A stretch of 64,000 nt of DNA from an uncultured Holophaga sp. (GCA_963664825.1 OY761614.1:384001-448000), one strand, 5' to 3'. Counted from the stretch's first letter, positions 11,271-21,203 are shown. Translations and numbers: made by a program. Notes: generated by a model not told the origin, from the letters alone.

Positions 11271-12548
11271 CTACTCGTAGCGGAGGGCTTCGATCGGATC
11301 GAGCTTGGCGGCCTTGTTGGCGGGGTAGAGCCCGAAGAGGAGACCCACGGCGGCGGGAACGGTGAGGGCCGAGGCGAAGGCCCAGAGGGGCACGGCGCCC
11401 ATGTGCTTCATCAGGAGCTGGCTGAGCGCGGCGCCGAGCACCATGCCCAGCACCACGCCAATGATCCCACCGGCGACGCAGAGCACGATGGCCTCGATGA
11501 GGAACTGGAAGAGGATGTGCTTCCGCCTTGCTCCCATGGCCTTGCGCACGCCGATCTCCCGGGTGCGCTCGGTCACGCTCACCAGCATGATGTTCATCAC
11601 GCCGATGCCGCCCACCAGGAGGCTTACGCCCACCATGGCGCCGCTGGCCATCATGAGGGTGCGGCCGATCTTCTCGACCTTTTCCACCTCCTTGCCGTTG
11701 CTCTCCAGCATGAAGTTGTCCGCGTCGTCCCCCCGCAGGCCCCGGATGCGCCGCAACGCCATGCGCAGGGACTCTTCGGCCTCCTTGACGGGCATCTTCC
11801 CATCCACCTGGAGGCGCCAGAACGGGCTATCGAAGGCGCCGGGGCGGGCCAGCTCCCGGAGGCTCCCGAAGGGCACATAGAACATGCCATCGGGCCCCCA
11901 CAGGGCAGAATCCTCATCCTCGCTCTCCTGGGGCACGAAGGGGACTTCCCCGTGCTTCTTGAGGATGCCGATGAGCTCCACCGTCTGCCCGGCCACCGTG
12001 AAGGTCTTCCCCACGGAGGCTTCTGAAAAGCCCAGATCCTCGGCGATCTTGGCCCCCAGGATGGCCAGGGGCGCTCGCGTCACCCGATCCGTGGCGGTGA
12101 AATTCCGGCCGCAGGCGATCTCGCCATTGGAGAGATCGAGCCCATTCTCGTCGATGCAGGTGAGGTAGCTGACGCGGCGCGTGAGGCCACCGGCCTTGAC
12201 CATCATCTGCTGGCTGAAGATATTGGCCTGGGGGCTGGCGATCTGGATCTGGGGGACGAGCTCTCGCAACTCCCGCAGGGTCTGGATATCCATGGGCATG
12301 CGCTTGACCTTGGCGGTCTTGAAGCGGGAGGGAGGCACATAGGAGCTGACGAAGAAGGTGTGGCTGCCCTCCTTTTTCACCTCGGCCATGATGCGGCTCT
12401 CCAGGGCCTTGGTGAGATTGACCACGATGAGCACGGAAGAGACGCCGATGATGATGCCCAGCGCAGTGAGCACGCTGCGCATGCGGTGGGCCCAGAGGCT
12501 GTGAAGGGCACTGCGGAAGGTCTCCTGGAAGCGCGTCCAACCCGTCAC
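11271..12548 (-). CDS. MacB-family ABC transporter permease
   Basis: RSVLTALGIIIGV, GGIGVMNIMLVSVTERTREIG, LDPIEALRYE. Confidence 0.93.
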   Translation of the reverse strand: MTGWTRFQETFRSALHSLWAHRMRSVLTALGIIIGVSSVLIVVNLTKALESRIMAEVKKEGSHTFFVSSYVPPSRFKTAKVKRMPMDIQTLRELRELVPQIQIASPQANIFSQQMMVKAGGLTRRVSYLTCIDENGLDLSNGEIACGRNFTATDRVTRAPLAILGAKIAEDLGFSEASVGKTFTVAGQTVELIGILKKHGEVPFVPQESEDEDSALWGPDGMFYVPFGSLRELARPGAFDSPFWRLQVDGKMPVKEAEESLRMALRRIRGLRGDDADNFMLESNGKEVEKVEKIGRTLMMASGAMVGVSLLVGGIGVMNIMLVSVTERTREIGVRKAMGARRKHILFQFLIEAIVLCVAGGIIGVVLGMVLGAALSQLLMKHMGAVPLWAFASALTVPAAVGLLFGLYPANKAAKLDPIEALRYE

Positions 12549-12609
12549 AACGCACCTCCTGTTGCGGGCTTCGCCTTCGGCAACGTGGCCCTCCGCTGCT
12601 GCTGCGGGC

Positions 12610-13833
12610 TCATGGCTTGGCCTTTTCCAGCTTCACGGCCATCCCTTGCGTGAGAGAGGGGAGCGCCTTGGTGGGGCCCGTGATGACCTGTTCGCCTTCC
12701 TCAAGGCCTTCCACCACTTCCGCGGCGCGCCGGGTGCCGAGCCCCGTCTTGATGGAGCGTTCCTCGGCCTTGCCCCCCTTGGCCACGAAGACCACGCTGC
12801 GGCTTCCCATCATCAGGCCGAGCCCGCCGGCCTTCGTCTCCCGTTCCTGGATGGCGGCCAGGGGCACCGAAAGCACGTTCTTGCGCTCGGCGGTGAGCAC
12901 CGCGAGTCGAGCGCTCATGCCCGGACGCAGGGATCCGAGCTCCTGGGGTGTGCCCTGGAGCTGCACCCGCACCTTGTAGCTCTGGGTCTCCGTGGTCGTC
13001 CCGCCGTACGAATTGCTCGCGGGCCTATCCGTCCCCGAGGCCACCGTGATGACCTTGCCCGCAAACACCTTGCCGGGGATGGCGTCGATGGTCACCTCCG
13101 CGGGCTGCCCGATGCGCAGCTTCACCACATCCAGTTCCCCCACCTTGATCTCGGCCATGAGTTCAGACATATCGGAGATCACCATGAGGACAGCTCCTGC
13201 CAGATTGGTCTGGCCCGCGATGGCGGTCTCGCCCTTCTCGGCCTTGAGTCCGGTCACCTGACCGGCCATGGAGGCGCGGATGACGGTCTTGGAGAGGGTG
13301 TCCTTGGCCTGGGCCAGGGCCGCCACCGCCTGCTGCACGCCGGCCTTGGCCCGTTCGAGCTGGGTGGAGGCATTGTCCAGATTGAGCTTCTCCTGCTGGT
13401 AGTCCTCGGTGGAGACGATGCCCTTGCCGTGGAGCTCCTCCCGCCGGGTGAAGGTCTTGGTCTGCTTGTCGAAGGTGGCCTGGGCGTTCCTCAGATCCTG
13501 GCGCGCGGTGGTGGCGGTGAGCTCGGCCCTCACCAGGTCCTGGCGGAGCCGCTCCTGATCCAGGGTCACCAGCAGATCCCCGGCCTTCACCCACTGGCCG
13601 TCCACGACATGGATCTCCCGGATTTCCGCCGTGATGGTGCTGCCCACATTCACCTTCGTGCGGGCCTGGATCTCGCCATTGGCCGTCACGCTCTCCCGCA
13701 GATCCTGTCGGCGGACGGTCTCCACCGAAAAGGGAATGTCCCCCCCAGAGCCTCTCAGGGTGATCCATCCGATGGAAGTGCCCACCACCAAGAGGGTGGC
13801 TGAACCGAGGAGCCACTTGTCGCGCCGTTTCAT
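12610..13833 (-). CDS. Efflux periplasmic adaptor subunit (MacA/HlyD family)
   Basis: Paralog of 9096-10355: ANGEIQARTKV, GQWVKAGD, LRPGMSA. Confidence 0.92.
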   Translation of the reverse strand: MKRRDKWLLGSATLLVVGTSIGWITLRGSGGDIPFSVETVRRQDLRESVTANGEIQARTKVNVGSTITAEIREIHVVDGQWVKAGDLLVTLDQERLRQDLVRAELTATTARQDLRNAQATFDKQTKTFTRREELHGKGIVSTEDYQQEKLNLDNASTQLERAKAGVQQAVAALAQAKDTLSKTVIRASMAGQVTGLKAEKGETAIAGQTNLAGAVLMVISDMSELMAEIKVGELDVVKLRIGQPAEVTIDAIPGKVFAGKVITVASGTDRPASNSYGGTTTETQSYKVRVQLQGTPQELGSLRPGMSARLAVLTAERKNVLSVPLAAIQERETKAGGLGLMMGSRSVVFVAKGGKAEERSIKTGLGTRRAAEVVEGLEEGEQVITGPTKALPSLTQGMAVKLEKAKP

Positions 13834-14014
13834 ATCGACCTCTCAAAGATTCATAGGCTGAGATACGACCACTCTATCGGGAATCGGGGCCCCCGTCAGC
13901 CTCCAGGCAAGTGGCATAAAACCGTGAATGGCCTATCTGTTTCCAAAAATGTCACCCCTCCCAACCCAAGACGTTGGAAAATAGGACACATCAGAGCGAG
14001 GTTTTCCCATTCCC

Positions 14015-14425
14015 ATGCTGCCTTCCCTCCTCCTCGTCACCCTGCTGGGCCTCTCCCAGGCTCCATTCCCCGTTGGAGAACCGGACGGAAGCCGGACCAT
14101 CGGCGTCGTGCCGCCCTTCAAGGCCGAACCCGCGCCCCCCGAATGGCTGCGGGCCACCTCCCACGCCCTGGCATCGGTGGATACCCGCCATTACATCTAC
14201 GAGGTCTATGCGGGGCCCAAGGAACAGTGGATCGTTCGCTACGTGATGCTCCCCGAGACCGACGAAGCCTTCCGGGAGATCGAGCAGGCCTTCCTCTTCG
14301 GCGCGAGTCCCAAGAAGAAGCCCCTCGAGCTCAATACCGCCGAGCTGAACTTCGAGCCCCGGGCCGCCACCTGGAAGAAACAGCCCTTCACTCTGGTGGA
14401 TCGCCGGGACCTGATGAAGCCCTGA
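14015..14425 (+). CDS. Hypothetical secreted protein
   Basis: 136-aa ORF with a signal-peptide-like N-terminus and GC3-rich codons; sits just upstream of the HtrA gene. Confidence 0.7.
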   Translation: MLPSLLLVTLLGLSQAPFPVGEPDGSRTIGVVPPFKAEPAPPEWLRATSHALASVDTRHYIYEVYAGPKEQWIVRYVMLPETDEAFREIEQAFLFGASPKKKPLELNTAELNFEPRAATWKKQPFTLVDRRDLMKP

Positions 14426-14468
14426 GCCTTCCTGGGCTAAATTAGGGGAGGCTTCCTTCGGAGCTTCC

Positions 14469-15563
14469 ATGCGAAAGCTGTTCTGGATTTCCCTGATCCT
14501 CACCACGGGCGTCTTGGTGGGCTGGTGCAGCAGCCAAGCCGTCGTCCACTCCCCCTCCACCCCCCGATCCATCGCGCCCCGGGGCGCCCTTCCCCCCTGG
14601 GAACAGGCCGGCATCGATCGCTTTCGCGAGGCCCGCCCCAGCGTGGTCTACATCACCACCATCGCCTACCAGCGGGACCTGTTCAGCTTCGATGTGCAGG
14701 CCGTGCCCACGGGCACGGGGTCGGGCTTCATCTGGGATGAACGGGGCCACATCGTCACCAACTACCACGTGGTGGAGAATGCCCAGGAACTGGAAGTGAC
14801 CCTCTCGGATCACAGCACCCACTCCGCCCGGCTGGTGGGCCTGGCGCCCGAAAAGGATCTGGCCGTCCTCCGCTTAGTGAATCCCCCGGCCCGGCTCCGC
14901 CCCATCCCCCTGGGCACCTCCGCCGATCTCCAGGTGGGCCAGTGCGTCATGGCCATCGGCAACCCCTTCGGCCTGGACCAGACCCTCACCACGGGCGTCG
15001 TCTCGGCCCTGGGCCGGGAGATCCAGAGCGCCACCCGCAGGCGCATCAAGGGCGTCATCCAGACCGATGCGGCCATCAATCCGGGCAATTCCGGCGGTCC
15101 CCTGCTGGATAGTGCGGGACGCCTCATCGGTGTGAACACAGCCATCCAGAGCACCAGCGGCTCCAGCGCGGGCATCGGCTTCGCGGTGCCGGTGGACACC
15201 GTGAACCGCATCGTGCCTCAGCTCATCGCCAAGGGCCGCGTGGCCCGGCCGGACCTGGGCTTCGAGGAACTCGATCCGTCCTACGCCTCCAGCTTCGGCA
15301 ATCCCCAGGGGGTCATCGTCCTCCGGGTGCGCCGGGGCAGTGCCGCCGACCAGGCGGGCCTCCAGGGCATCTCCCGCGCCGGTCAGCGCTTCCTGCTGGG
15401 AGACGTGATCGTGGGCGTGGGGGGAAAGGCCATCAAGGACGTGGATGGCCTGCTGGATCTGGTCGAGACCGAGCCTCTGGGCGGCTTCCTCCAGTTGGAG
15501 GTGCTGCGCCAGGGCAAGCGGATCCGCGTTCCCCTGCGGCTGGAGGCCCCCAAGGGGAACTGA
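14469..15563 (+). CDS. HtrA/DegP-type trypsin-like serine protease with PDZ domain
   Basis: GTGSGF, VTNYHV, KDLAVL, QTDAAINPGNSGGPL, C-terminal PDZ. Confidence 0.95.
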   Translation: MRKLFWISLILTTGVLVGWCSSQAVVHSPSTPRSIAPRGALPPWEQAGIDRFREARPSVVYITTIAYQRDLFSFDVQAVPTGTGSGFIWDERGHIVTNYHVVENAQELEVTLSDHSTHSARLVGLAPEKDLAVLRLVNPPARLRPIPLGTSADLQVGQCVMAIGNPFGLDQTLTTGVVSALGREIQSATRRRIKGVIQTDAAINPGNSGGPLLDSAGRLIGVNTAIQSTSGSSAGIGFAVPVDTVNRIVPQLIAKGRVARPDLGFEELDPSYASSFGNPQGVIVLRVRRGSAADQAGLQGISRAGQRFLLGDVIVGVGGKAIKDVDGLLDLVETEPLGGFLQLEVLRQGKRIRVPLRLEAPKGN

Positions 15564-16079
15564 TCACTGCCCCAGCAACTCTTCCGGGCTTCCACCCTTC
15601 TCGGGAGGCTCCACGGGCTCTTCGGCTCGCCCCGAGACCGCCATCTGCCGGCGCCAGAGCCCCAGCAGATCCACCTCCTGGTGGAACTCGAAGGTGATGG
15701 TGCAGAGGGTGATGCCGTTGACGGAGGTGCGCTCCACCGAGACCGCGGAGGCCTCCGTGATCGCACTGCGGAACCCCATTCGAAAGGCCTTCCGGCGCAG
15801 GGCGTGCTCCACCTCCACCGTGCTGCGCCCTTCTGAACCTCGCGCGAGGGTTTCGGCCGCGCTCTGCAGGGCCAACCGCCCCGTCACCAAGGGGCCGAAT
15901 TTCCAGACCCCCACCAGGACGATAAAGAGCAGAAGGGTCAGGAAGATCTGCAGTCCCCGATGGATCACGATGGCCTGCCAGGCCTTCCGCCCGAGCCACA
16001 CCAAGCCCCTGATGGCCAGGTAGGGCAGACCGATCGTCAGGAGCAGGAGAATCCTCAGGATCTTCGGCAAATTCGTCAT
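15564..16079 (-). CDS. Hypothetical membrane-anchored protein
   Basis: Coding-like 3' part of the 332-aa ORF (MTNLPKILR...) with two hydrophobic segments. Start uncertain. Confidence 0.6.
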   Translation of the reverse strand: MTNLPKILRILLLLTIGLPYLAIRGLVWLGRKAWQAIVIHRGLQIFLTLLLFIVLVGVWKFGPLVTGRLALQSAAETLARGSEGRSTVEVEHALRRKAFRMGFRSAITEASAVSVERTSVNGITLCTITFEFHQEVDLLGLWRRQMAVSGRAEEPVEPPEKGGSPEELLGQ

Positions 16080-16129
16080 GGACTCTCGCGAGGGACGGGC
16101 GCATCCCAGCCCCATCATGCCAGGGGGGA

Positions 16130-16468
16130 TCACGCCTTCGGGTGATACCGATCCGTGTCCGCGAAGTGGTCGACACCCTTGAAGCCAGGGAAAACCCGCG
16201 TGCGGTGCAATTTCCCGGCGGGGATGGCGTAGAAATCCCCCCGCATAAAGAGGCGCGTATAGCCGTCGATCATCAACTCCAGGCGGCCATCCACCACCAC
16301 GCCCCACTGCTCGCCATGGGAGTGCTCGGGCATCGTCACTTCCGTTTCGGCCTCCTTGAAGAGCACCTGCCCCGCATCGCCCTGAAGCAGCCAGCCGCGC
16401 ATGCCGCCGCAGGGCAGTTCCGCCTCGGGGAGACGGCGAACGAAGGCAGGGAAATCGCGCGGGTTCAT
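16130..16468 (-). CDS. Cupin domain protein
   Basis: PEHSHGEQWG and GDFYAIPAGKLH cupin motifs. Confidence 0.88.
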   Translation of the reverse strand: MNPRDFPAFVRRLPEAELPCGGMRGWLLQGDAGQVLFKEAETEVTMPEHSHGEQWGVVVDGRLELMIDGYTRLFMRGDFYAIPAGKLHRTRVFPGFKGVDHFADTDRYHPKA

Positions 16469-16600
16469 GGGAACTCCCGAGGGGAGGACACGTGCATTGG
16501 AGAGGCTGGGAATAGATAACTATGCCACGCCCTTTTCCTTTGTGCGTCAAGGAACATTTCACGTTTTTCGCCTATCGGTCCCGGCCTTCCCGCAGGAGCA

Positions 16601-17503
16601 TCAGCCCTGATCGTGCCCCAGCGTGAGAGAGGTCCCGGGGGGCACACTGCGGGTGAGCCACACGTTCCCGCCGATAGTCGAGCCCTGGCCGATGGTGACG
16701 CGCCCCAAGATCGTGGCCCCGGCATAGATCACCACATCGTCCTCCACGATGGGGTGGCGGTCGATGCCCTTGATGGGCTTGCCTTCGCCGTCCAGGGGGA
16801 AGGTCTTCGCGCCGAGGGTGACGCCCTGGTAGAGCCGCACATGGTTTCCGATGATGCAGGTCTCGCCCACCACCACCCCCGTGCCGTGATCGATGAAGAA
16901 GCTTTCACCGATGCGCGCGCCGGGATGGATATCGATCCCGGTGAGGCTGTGGGCATGTTCGGTGATGAGGCGCGGCAGCAGCGGCACCTCCAAGAGATGA
17001 AGCTCGTGGGCCATGCGCTGATTGGTGATGGCCTGGATCCCCGGGTAACAGAAGACGGCCTCCTCCCGTGTCCTGAGGGCGGGATCGCCTTCGAAGGCGG
17101 CCGTCACATCGGTGGCCAGGAGGCGCCGGACCTCCGGGAGGCGCTGGATGAAGGCCCAGGCCAATTCAAAGGCGCGATCCTCGTGATCCACATAGCAGAC
17201 CTCGGGTCGGCAGCAGGAGCAGAAACCGCGCCGGATCTGCTCCCGCAGGCCGTGCAGCACCTTGTCGAGGGTGGCGCCGAGGTGGTAGCGCTGGGTTTCA
17301 AAGGTGAGCTCCGAGGGGCCGAAAAATCCAGGAAACAGGATGGCGCGCAGGTCCTCCACCAGTTCGTAGACGATATCCCGGCTGGGGAATTCACGCCTGG
17401 CCAGGGGCTGGTGGCAGGGCGCCTGGAGGGCGGCATTGGCTTCGCAGAGCGCCTCCACCACGGGACGCAGACCGGCACTGGGGGATGCGGGGTCGATCAC
17501 CAT
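16601..17503 (-). CDS. cysE: Serine O-acetyltransferase (EpsC/CysE type)
   Basis: GDPA, CYPG, GIDIHPGARIG, FFIDHGTG, YQGVTLGA, RHP. ATG 17503 has a GAGGAGG RBS. Confidence 0.92.
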   Translation of the reverse strand: MVIDPASPSAGLRPVVEALCEANAALQAPCHQPLARREFPSRDIVYELVEDLRAILFPGFFGPSELTFETQRYHLGATLDKVLHGLREQIRRGFCSCCRPEVCYVDHEDRAFELAWAFIQRLPEVRRLLATDVTAAFEGDPALRTREEAVFCYPGIQAITNQRMAHELHLLEVPLLPRLITEHAHSLTGIDIHPGARIGESFFIDHGTGVVVGETCIIGNHVRLYQGVTLGAKTFPLDGEGKPIKGIDRHPIVEDDVVIYAGATILGRVTIGQGSTIGGNVWLTRSVPPGTSLTLGHDQG

Positions 17504-17582
17504 GGGGGCCTCCTCGCCCTCATCATAGGCCCACAGTCCCCGAACCTCCGAGGGTTCCGCCAATCAACCCAAAGGACCAGGT

Positions 17583-18386
17583 TTACGGACGCCCCTTCAG
17601 GGCCTTCATGAAGGGCGCGCTCACGGGGATCAGGGCGCCGTGGCCCCGGAGATGGAGAGTCCCCCCGCCGTTTTCCAGCTTTTCGATCCAGGCCACCGCC
17701 CGCAGATTGACCACCGTGGAGCGATGGACCTGCATGAAAGTCCGGGCATCGAGCCTGGCCGCCAGCTCCTTGATGGACAGCTCGATGACGTAGGACTGGT
17801 CCTGGCATTCCACCCGGGTGTACTTGCTATCGGACTGGAAGAACAGGACATCATCCACGGGAATCCAGTGGGTGCGGCGCCCAGAGGAAGCCGTGATCCA
17901 ACGAAGCGGCTCTGGCAAAACGGCCTCAGCAGGCGCTGCCAGTCCTTCGAGCCGCCTGAGCAGCGCTTCCACGGGGACGGCGACGGAGCCGCGATCCCGG
18001 ATGCGGTCCAGCGTCTTCTGGAGGCGCTCCGGGGTCACGGGCTTGAGCAGGTAGTCGATGGCCCCGGCCTCGAAGGCCTCGATGGCGTGGGCATCGAAGG
18101 CCGTCACGAACACGGTGTGGATGCCCGCAGGCAGGCGCGTCGCAAGTTCAAGGCCCGAGATCCCCGGCAGGCGGATATCGAGGAAGGCCAGGTCAGGCCT
18201 GTGCTCACGGCAGAGCGCCAGGGCCTCCTCCCCATCCCCGGCCTGAAGGATCTCCCGCCAGGGGAAGGAGGCGCCGCGCAGGTACTCCACCAGCGCCTCC
18301 CTCAAGCGGGGCTCGTCTTCCACCACAAGGGCTGTCCAGGCTGGCGAGGTCATGGGCATGAGATCGATGGTAGAGCCTCCAGCCAT
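17583..18386 (-). CDS. LytTR-family response regulator
   Basis: REC (VEDE, FLDIRLPG, FVTAF, DYLLKP) plus LytTR domain (FMQVHRSTVVNL). Confidence 0.95.
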   Translation of the reverse strand: MAGGSTIDLMPMTSPAWTALVVEDEPRLREALVEYLRGASFPWREILQAGDGEEALALCREHRPDLAFLDIRLPGISGLELATRLPAGIHTVFVTAFDAHAIEAFEAGAIDYLLKPVTPERLQKTLDRIRDRGSVAVPVEALLRRLEGLAAPAEAVLPEPLRWITASSGRRTHWIPVDDVLFFQSDSKYTRVECQDQSYVIELSIKELAARLDARTFMQVHRSTVVNLRAVAWIEKLENGGGTLHLRGHGALIPVSAPFMKALKGRP

Positions 18387-19133
18387 TCAGTTCTTCTTTT
18401 CCATGACCTGGGGCAGGCTCTGGATGACTTTCCCCTTTTCATCCATGAACTGGAGCGTGGGCTGTCCCTCGGGCGTCACGAGCATCATGATCCGGGGCTT
18501 TCCCTTCGTATCGGCCAGAATCACCGCCGAGGAGCGGCCACGGGTCCTTCCCACGAAAACGCGCGACGTCTGACGCCCACCCGCCTCCACCCACTTCCCC
18601 TTCAGGGCCTCCTTCTCGGGCCCTTCCGGCGCCTTCTGCCAGGCATCGAAGAGCGGCTGGTAGGCCTTGGCTAGTCCACGATCGTAGACATTCAATCCCG
18701 TCTCCATGAAACCGCCCTCCTCGTAGTGGCCCAGGGCCAGCTGCTGGTCACCCCCGAAGCGGTCCATGGAGAAATGCATGCCGGAAACGGGCTTGCCCTT
18801 GGCGTCCAGCTTCCCATCGAAGATGAGGCCCCCGCATTCGTCCCCGGCCTCGTTGTAGAAGATCAGGCCGGGCTTGTGACGGTCGTCTTCGCTTTCCTTT
18901 CCATCCACGATGGCCTTCGGCAGCCGTGTGCGGTTGGCCAGCACCATCTCGACCTGCCCGTTGGGATTGACGATATTGATCCGCTCCACATCGATTTCAC
19001 TGAAGCGGGTCTTCTCGGATGGGGATTTAGCGGCCACCAGCAGGGCGGCGCTCAGGGTCAGTCCCCCCAGGCCCAGACACAGCTTGAGGAGGCGGTTCTG
19101 CTTCTGAAGGGAGAGGACGAGGTCTTGGTTCAT
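18387..19133 (-). CDS. Hypothetical exported/membrane-anchored protein
   Basis: 248-aa ORF with an N-terminal hydrophobic helix and a body that looks beta-rich; abuts the LytTR gene. Confidence 0.8.
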   Translation of the reverse strand: MNQDLVLSLQKQNRLLKLCLGLGGLTLSAALLVAAKSPSEKTRFSEIDVERINIVNPNGQVEMVLANRTRLPKAIVDGKESEDDRHKPGLIFYNEAGDECGGLIFDGKLDAKGKPVSGMHFSMDRFGGDQQLALGHYEEGGFMETGLNVYDRGLAKAYQPLFDAWQKAPEGPEKEALKGKWVEAGGRQTSRVFVGRTRGRSSAVILADTKGKPRIMMLVTPEGQPTLQFMDEKGKVIQSLPQVMEKKN

Positions 19134-19180
19134 GGGAGCTCCGTTGAAAGACTGCCTGCATCACCCTAAAAAAACATAGC

Positions 19181-19299
19181 CGGGGATAGACGGGGATCTG
19201 CGGGGATGACGTTTCGGGATCAAATCTCACGAATTCCTGGCGTCCTGACCTGCCCGTTTCCAGCTTGCTTTTATCCTCGTCCATCCCCGTGAATCCCCG
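19181..19299. promoter_or_regulatory. Two inverted triple arrays of CGGGGAT with 10-bp period (candidate regulator boxes)
   Basis: CGGGGAT at 19181, 19191, 19201; ATCCTCG/ATCCCCG/ATCCCCG at 19273, 19283, 19293. Confidence 0.6.
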
Positions 19300-19377
19300 G
19301 CAAACAGTTCTTTCCGTGTTTTGCAGGTGATCGTTCGTTGGCAGAGCATGGCTAATCACAATCCAGGAATCCAATGG

Positions 19378-20649
19378 TCAGGGCCGACTTCGATGGGAGA
19401 CGGGCATGAGGATCCGCACGCGGACGCCCCCTTCTTCGTGGTCTTCCACCGTCAGGCGGGCCTTGTCCGAGAACAGGAGTTTCAGGCGTTCCCGGAGATT
19501 GGCCAGGCCCGTGCCACGGCCCGCACCCGGTTCCTGAGGAAGGCCGGGGCCATCGTCCCGCACCTCCAGGACCACGTTCCCATCCTCCAGGAGCCCCCGG
19601 ACACTCACGGAACCCGGAGCCTGACGGGGCTCGATCCCGTGTTTGATGGCGTTCTCCAGGGGGATCAGCAGGCAACCCACGGGGACCTCGCAATCCAGGA
19701 TCTCGGAATCCACCTGGAACTCGAAGGAAAGGCGCTCACCGAAGCGGAGCTGGATCAGGGAAAGGTAGCCCCGGGCCGCCTCCAGCTCCTGGGCCAGGGG
19801 CTGGGTGGACTGACGGATGCGGTCGGATACGGACCTGGAATAGGCGATGAGGTGGTCCAGCATCAGGAGCGCCGTGGCAGCGTCGCCCGTGCGCACCAGT
19901 TCTCGCAGATGGGCCAGGGTATTGAACAGGAAGTGGGGCTCCACCTGGGCGCGGAGGAGCAGGAGCTCGGCCTGGGCCAGCCGGGTCTCCAGGGAATCGG
20001 ATTTCCAGGCCGCCTCCTTCCGGCATTCCGCAGCAGCCAAGCGCTCCCCCAGAAGTTCCTGGAAGCGCAGAAGGCGGCGGTAGTTCCGGCCCCGATCGAT
20101 CCACGCGAATCCGTATAGGAAGCGGCTGAGAGGCTGGGCGCCCACGTCCAGCGTGCACATCCGGGATTCGCCCGCGTGAGGATCGACCGGATGCACATCG
20201 AGAATCATCTCGTCCGACAGGACCCAGCGGCGCCACCAGCCGCTCCAGGCGGGGGGCTCGAAGAGGGCCTGAACGTGGTGGGCCCCCAGGGTGAACCGGG
20301 TGGAGGCCATCTCCTCCTGGAGGATGGAAGCCAATTCCCTTTCCGCATCCTCAGGGGCCATGGGGACCTGGATGGTGGCGTGATGAAAGGCCCCCAGGGA
20401 ACGGGCCAAGGGGGCTTCCCGAAGGCTCTTGAACTGCGTGATACCGGCATAGATGCCCAGGCCGACGGCTACCCAGATGAACAGGAGCAGGCCCACGCCC
20501 AGGCCCACCAAACCACCCAGCATCGAGAGCAAAAGGGTCCCACCCAGCCACCAGACCAGGAAGATCCGGAGCGCCAAGCGACAGGCCAGCCATTTCTTGT
20601 CCAAGTAAAGCCTCCTCGGGGACAGTGAAAGCGTGTCACCCCGGGCCAT
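19378..20649 (-). CDS. LytS/YehU-type sensor histidine kinase
   Basis: LRAQVEPHFLFNTL, PLENAIKHG, VRDDGPG, GTGLANLRERL; N-terminal TM helices. Start uncertain. Confidence 0.92.
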   Translation of the reverse strand: MARGDTLSLSPRRLYLDKKWLACRLALRIFLVWWLGGTLLLSMLGGLVGLGVGLLLFIWVAVGLGIYAGITQFKSLREAPLARSLGAFHHATIQVPMAPEDAERELASILQEEMASTRFTLGAHHVQALFEPPAWSGWWRRWVLSDEMILDVHPVDPHAGESRMCTLDVGAQPLSRFLYGFAWIDRGRNYRRLLRFQELLGERLAAAECRKEAAWKSDSLETRLAQAELLLLRAQVEPHFLFNTLAHLRELVRTGDAATALLMLDHLIAYSRSVSDRIRQSTQPLAQELEAARGYLSLIQLRFGERLSFEFQVDSEILDCEVPVGCLLIPLENAIKHGIEPRQAPGSVSVRGLLEDGNVVLEVRDDGPGLPQEPGAGRGTGLANLRERLKLLFSDKARLTVEDHEEGGVRVRILMPVSHRSRP

Positions 20650-20720
20650 CCCCGGGAAGGGGATTCCGACGAGACAGCGTTTTCGGGCGATGGAAGCCCT
20701 CCCGGAAGGGATGAAGCCCC

Positions 20721-21161
20721 CCTTCACCTCACCAGGAAAAGCCCCGCCGCCCCGCCCACGGTGAGGAGGGTCCCGGCCACGGCCCGGGGCGTGATGGGCT
20801 CACCGAAGCAGATCCTGGAGAGGGGCAGCAGGAAGATGGGCACGATCGATAGCAGGGTGGAGGCCGGTCCCAGGGGCGCGTGATTGAGGGCGTAGAGGGC
20901 GAGGAATCCCCCGGCCAGGGGGCCCAGGGCCGTGCCCGTGAGGATCTGGGCGCAGGTGCGCCCCCGGGTCCAGGCGCCGGAAAGGCGGCACTGGCCCCGC
21001 AGGGCCAAGTAGACCAGGGAGCCCCCAGCCCCCGCCGCCACGCGCACCACCAGAGCCGGGAAGGCCCCCACGCCGCAGGCCATGCCCTTGATGGCCGTGA
21101 ATTGGCCGAGGGCTTGCCCCAGCGTCGCACCCAGGGCCAGGTAGATGCCCCAGGTCCGGGA
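20721..21161. repeat. Imperfect direct repeat, copy A (441 bp)
   Basis: Gap-free alignment to 25321-25761 at offset 4600; about 32 mismatches by hand count. Confidence 0.95.
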
Positions 21162-21188
21162 ACAACCAGTTGCTTTATCGCCGGGCCC
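20724..21188 (-). pseudogene. 5'-truncated duplicate (3' half) of the EamA/DMT transporter gene
   Basis: Matches the C-terminal ~150 aa of 25324-26223. An in-frame stop lies just upstream and the N-terminal half is absent. Confidence 0.85.
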
Positions 21189-21203
21189 TGGGTTAAGACG
21201 TTG

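Noticed and set aside
13932..13985. Imperfect inverted repeat cctat..tttccaa / ttggaaa.atagg in a divergent promoter region
   Set aside because: Short and gapped; no regulator can be assigned.
19181..19299. Heptamer arrays or the lon repeats as a CRISPR array or IS ends
   Set aside because: Units are too short or too few, there are no unique spacers, and no cas or transposase genes are present.
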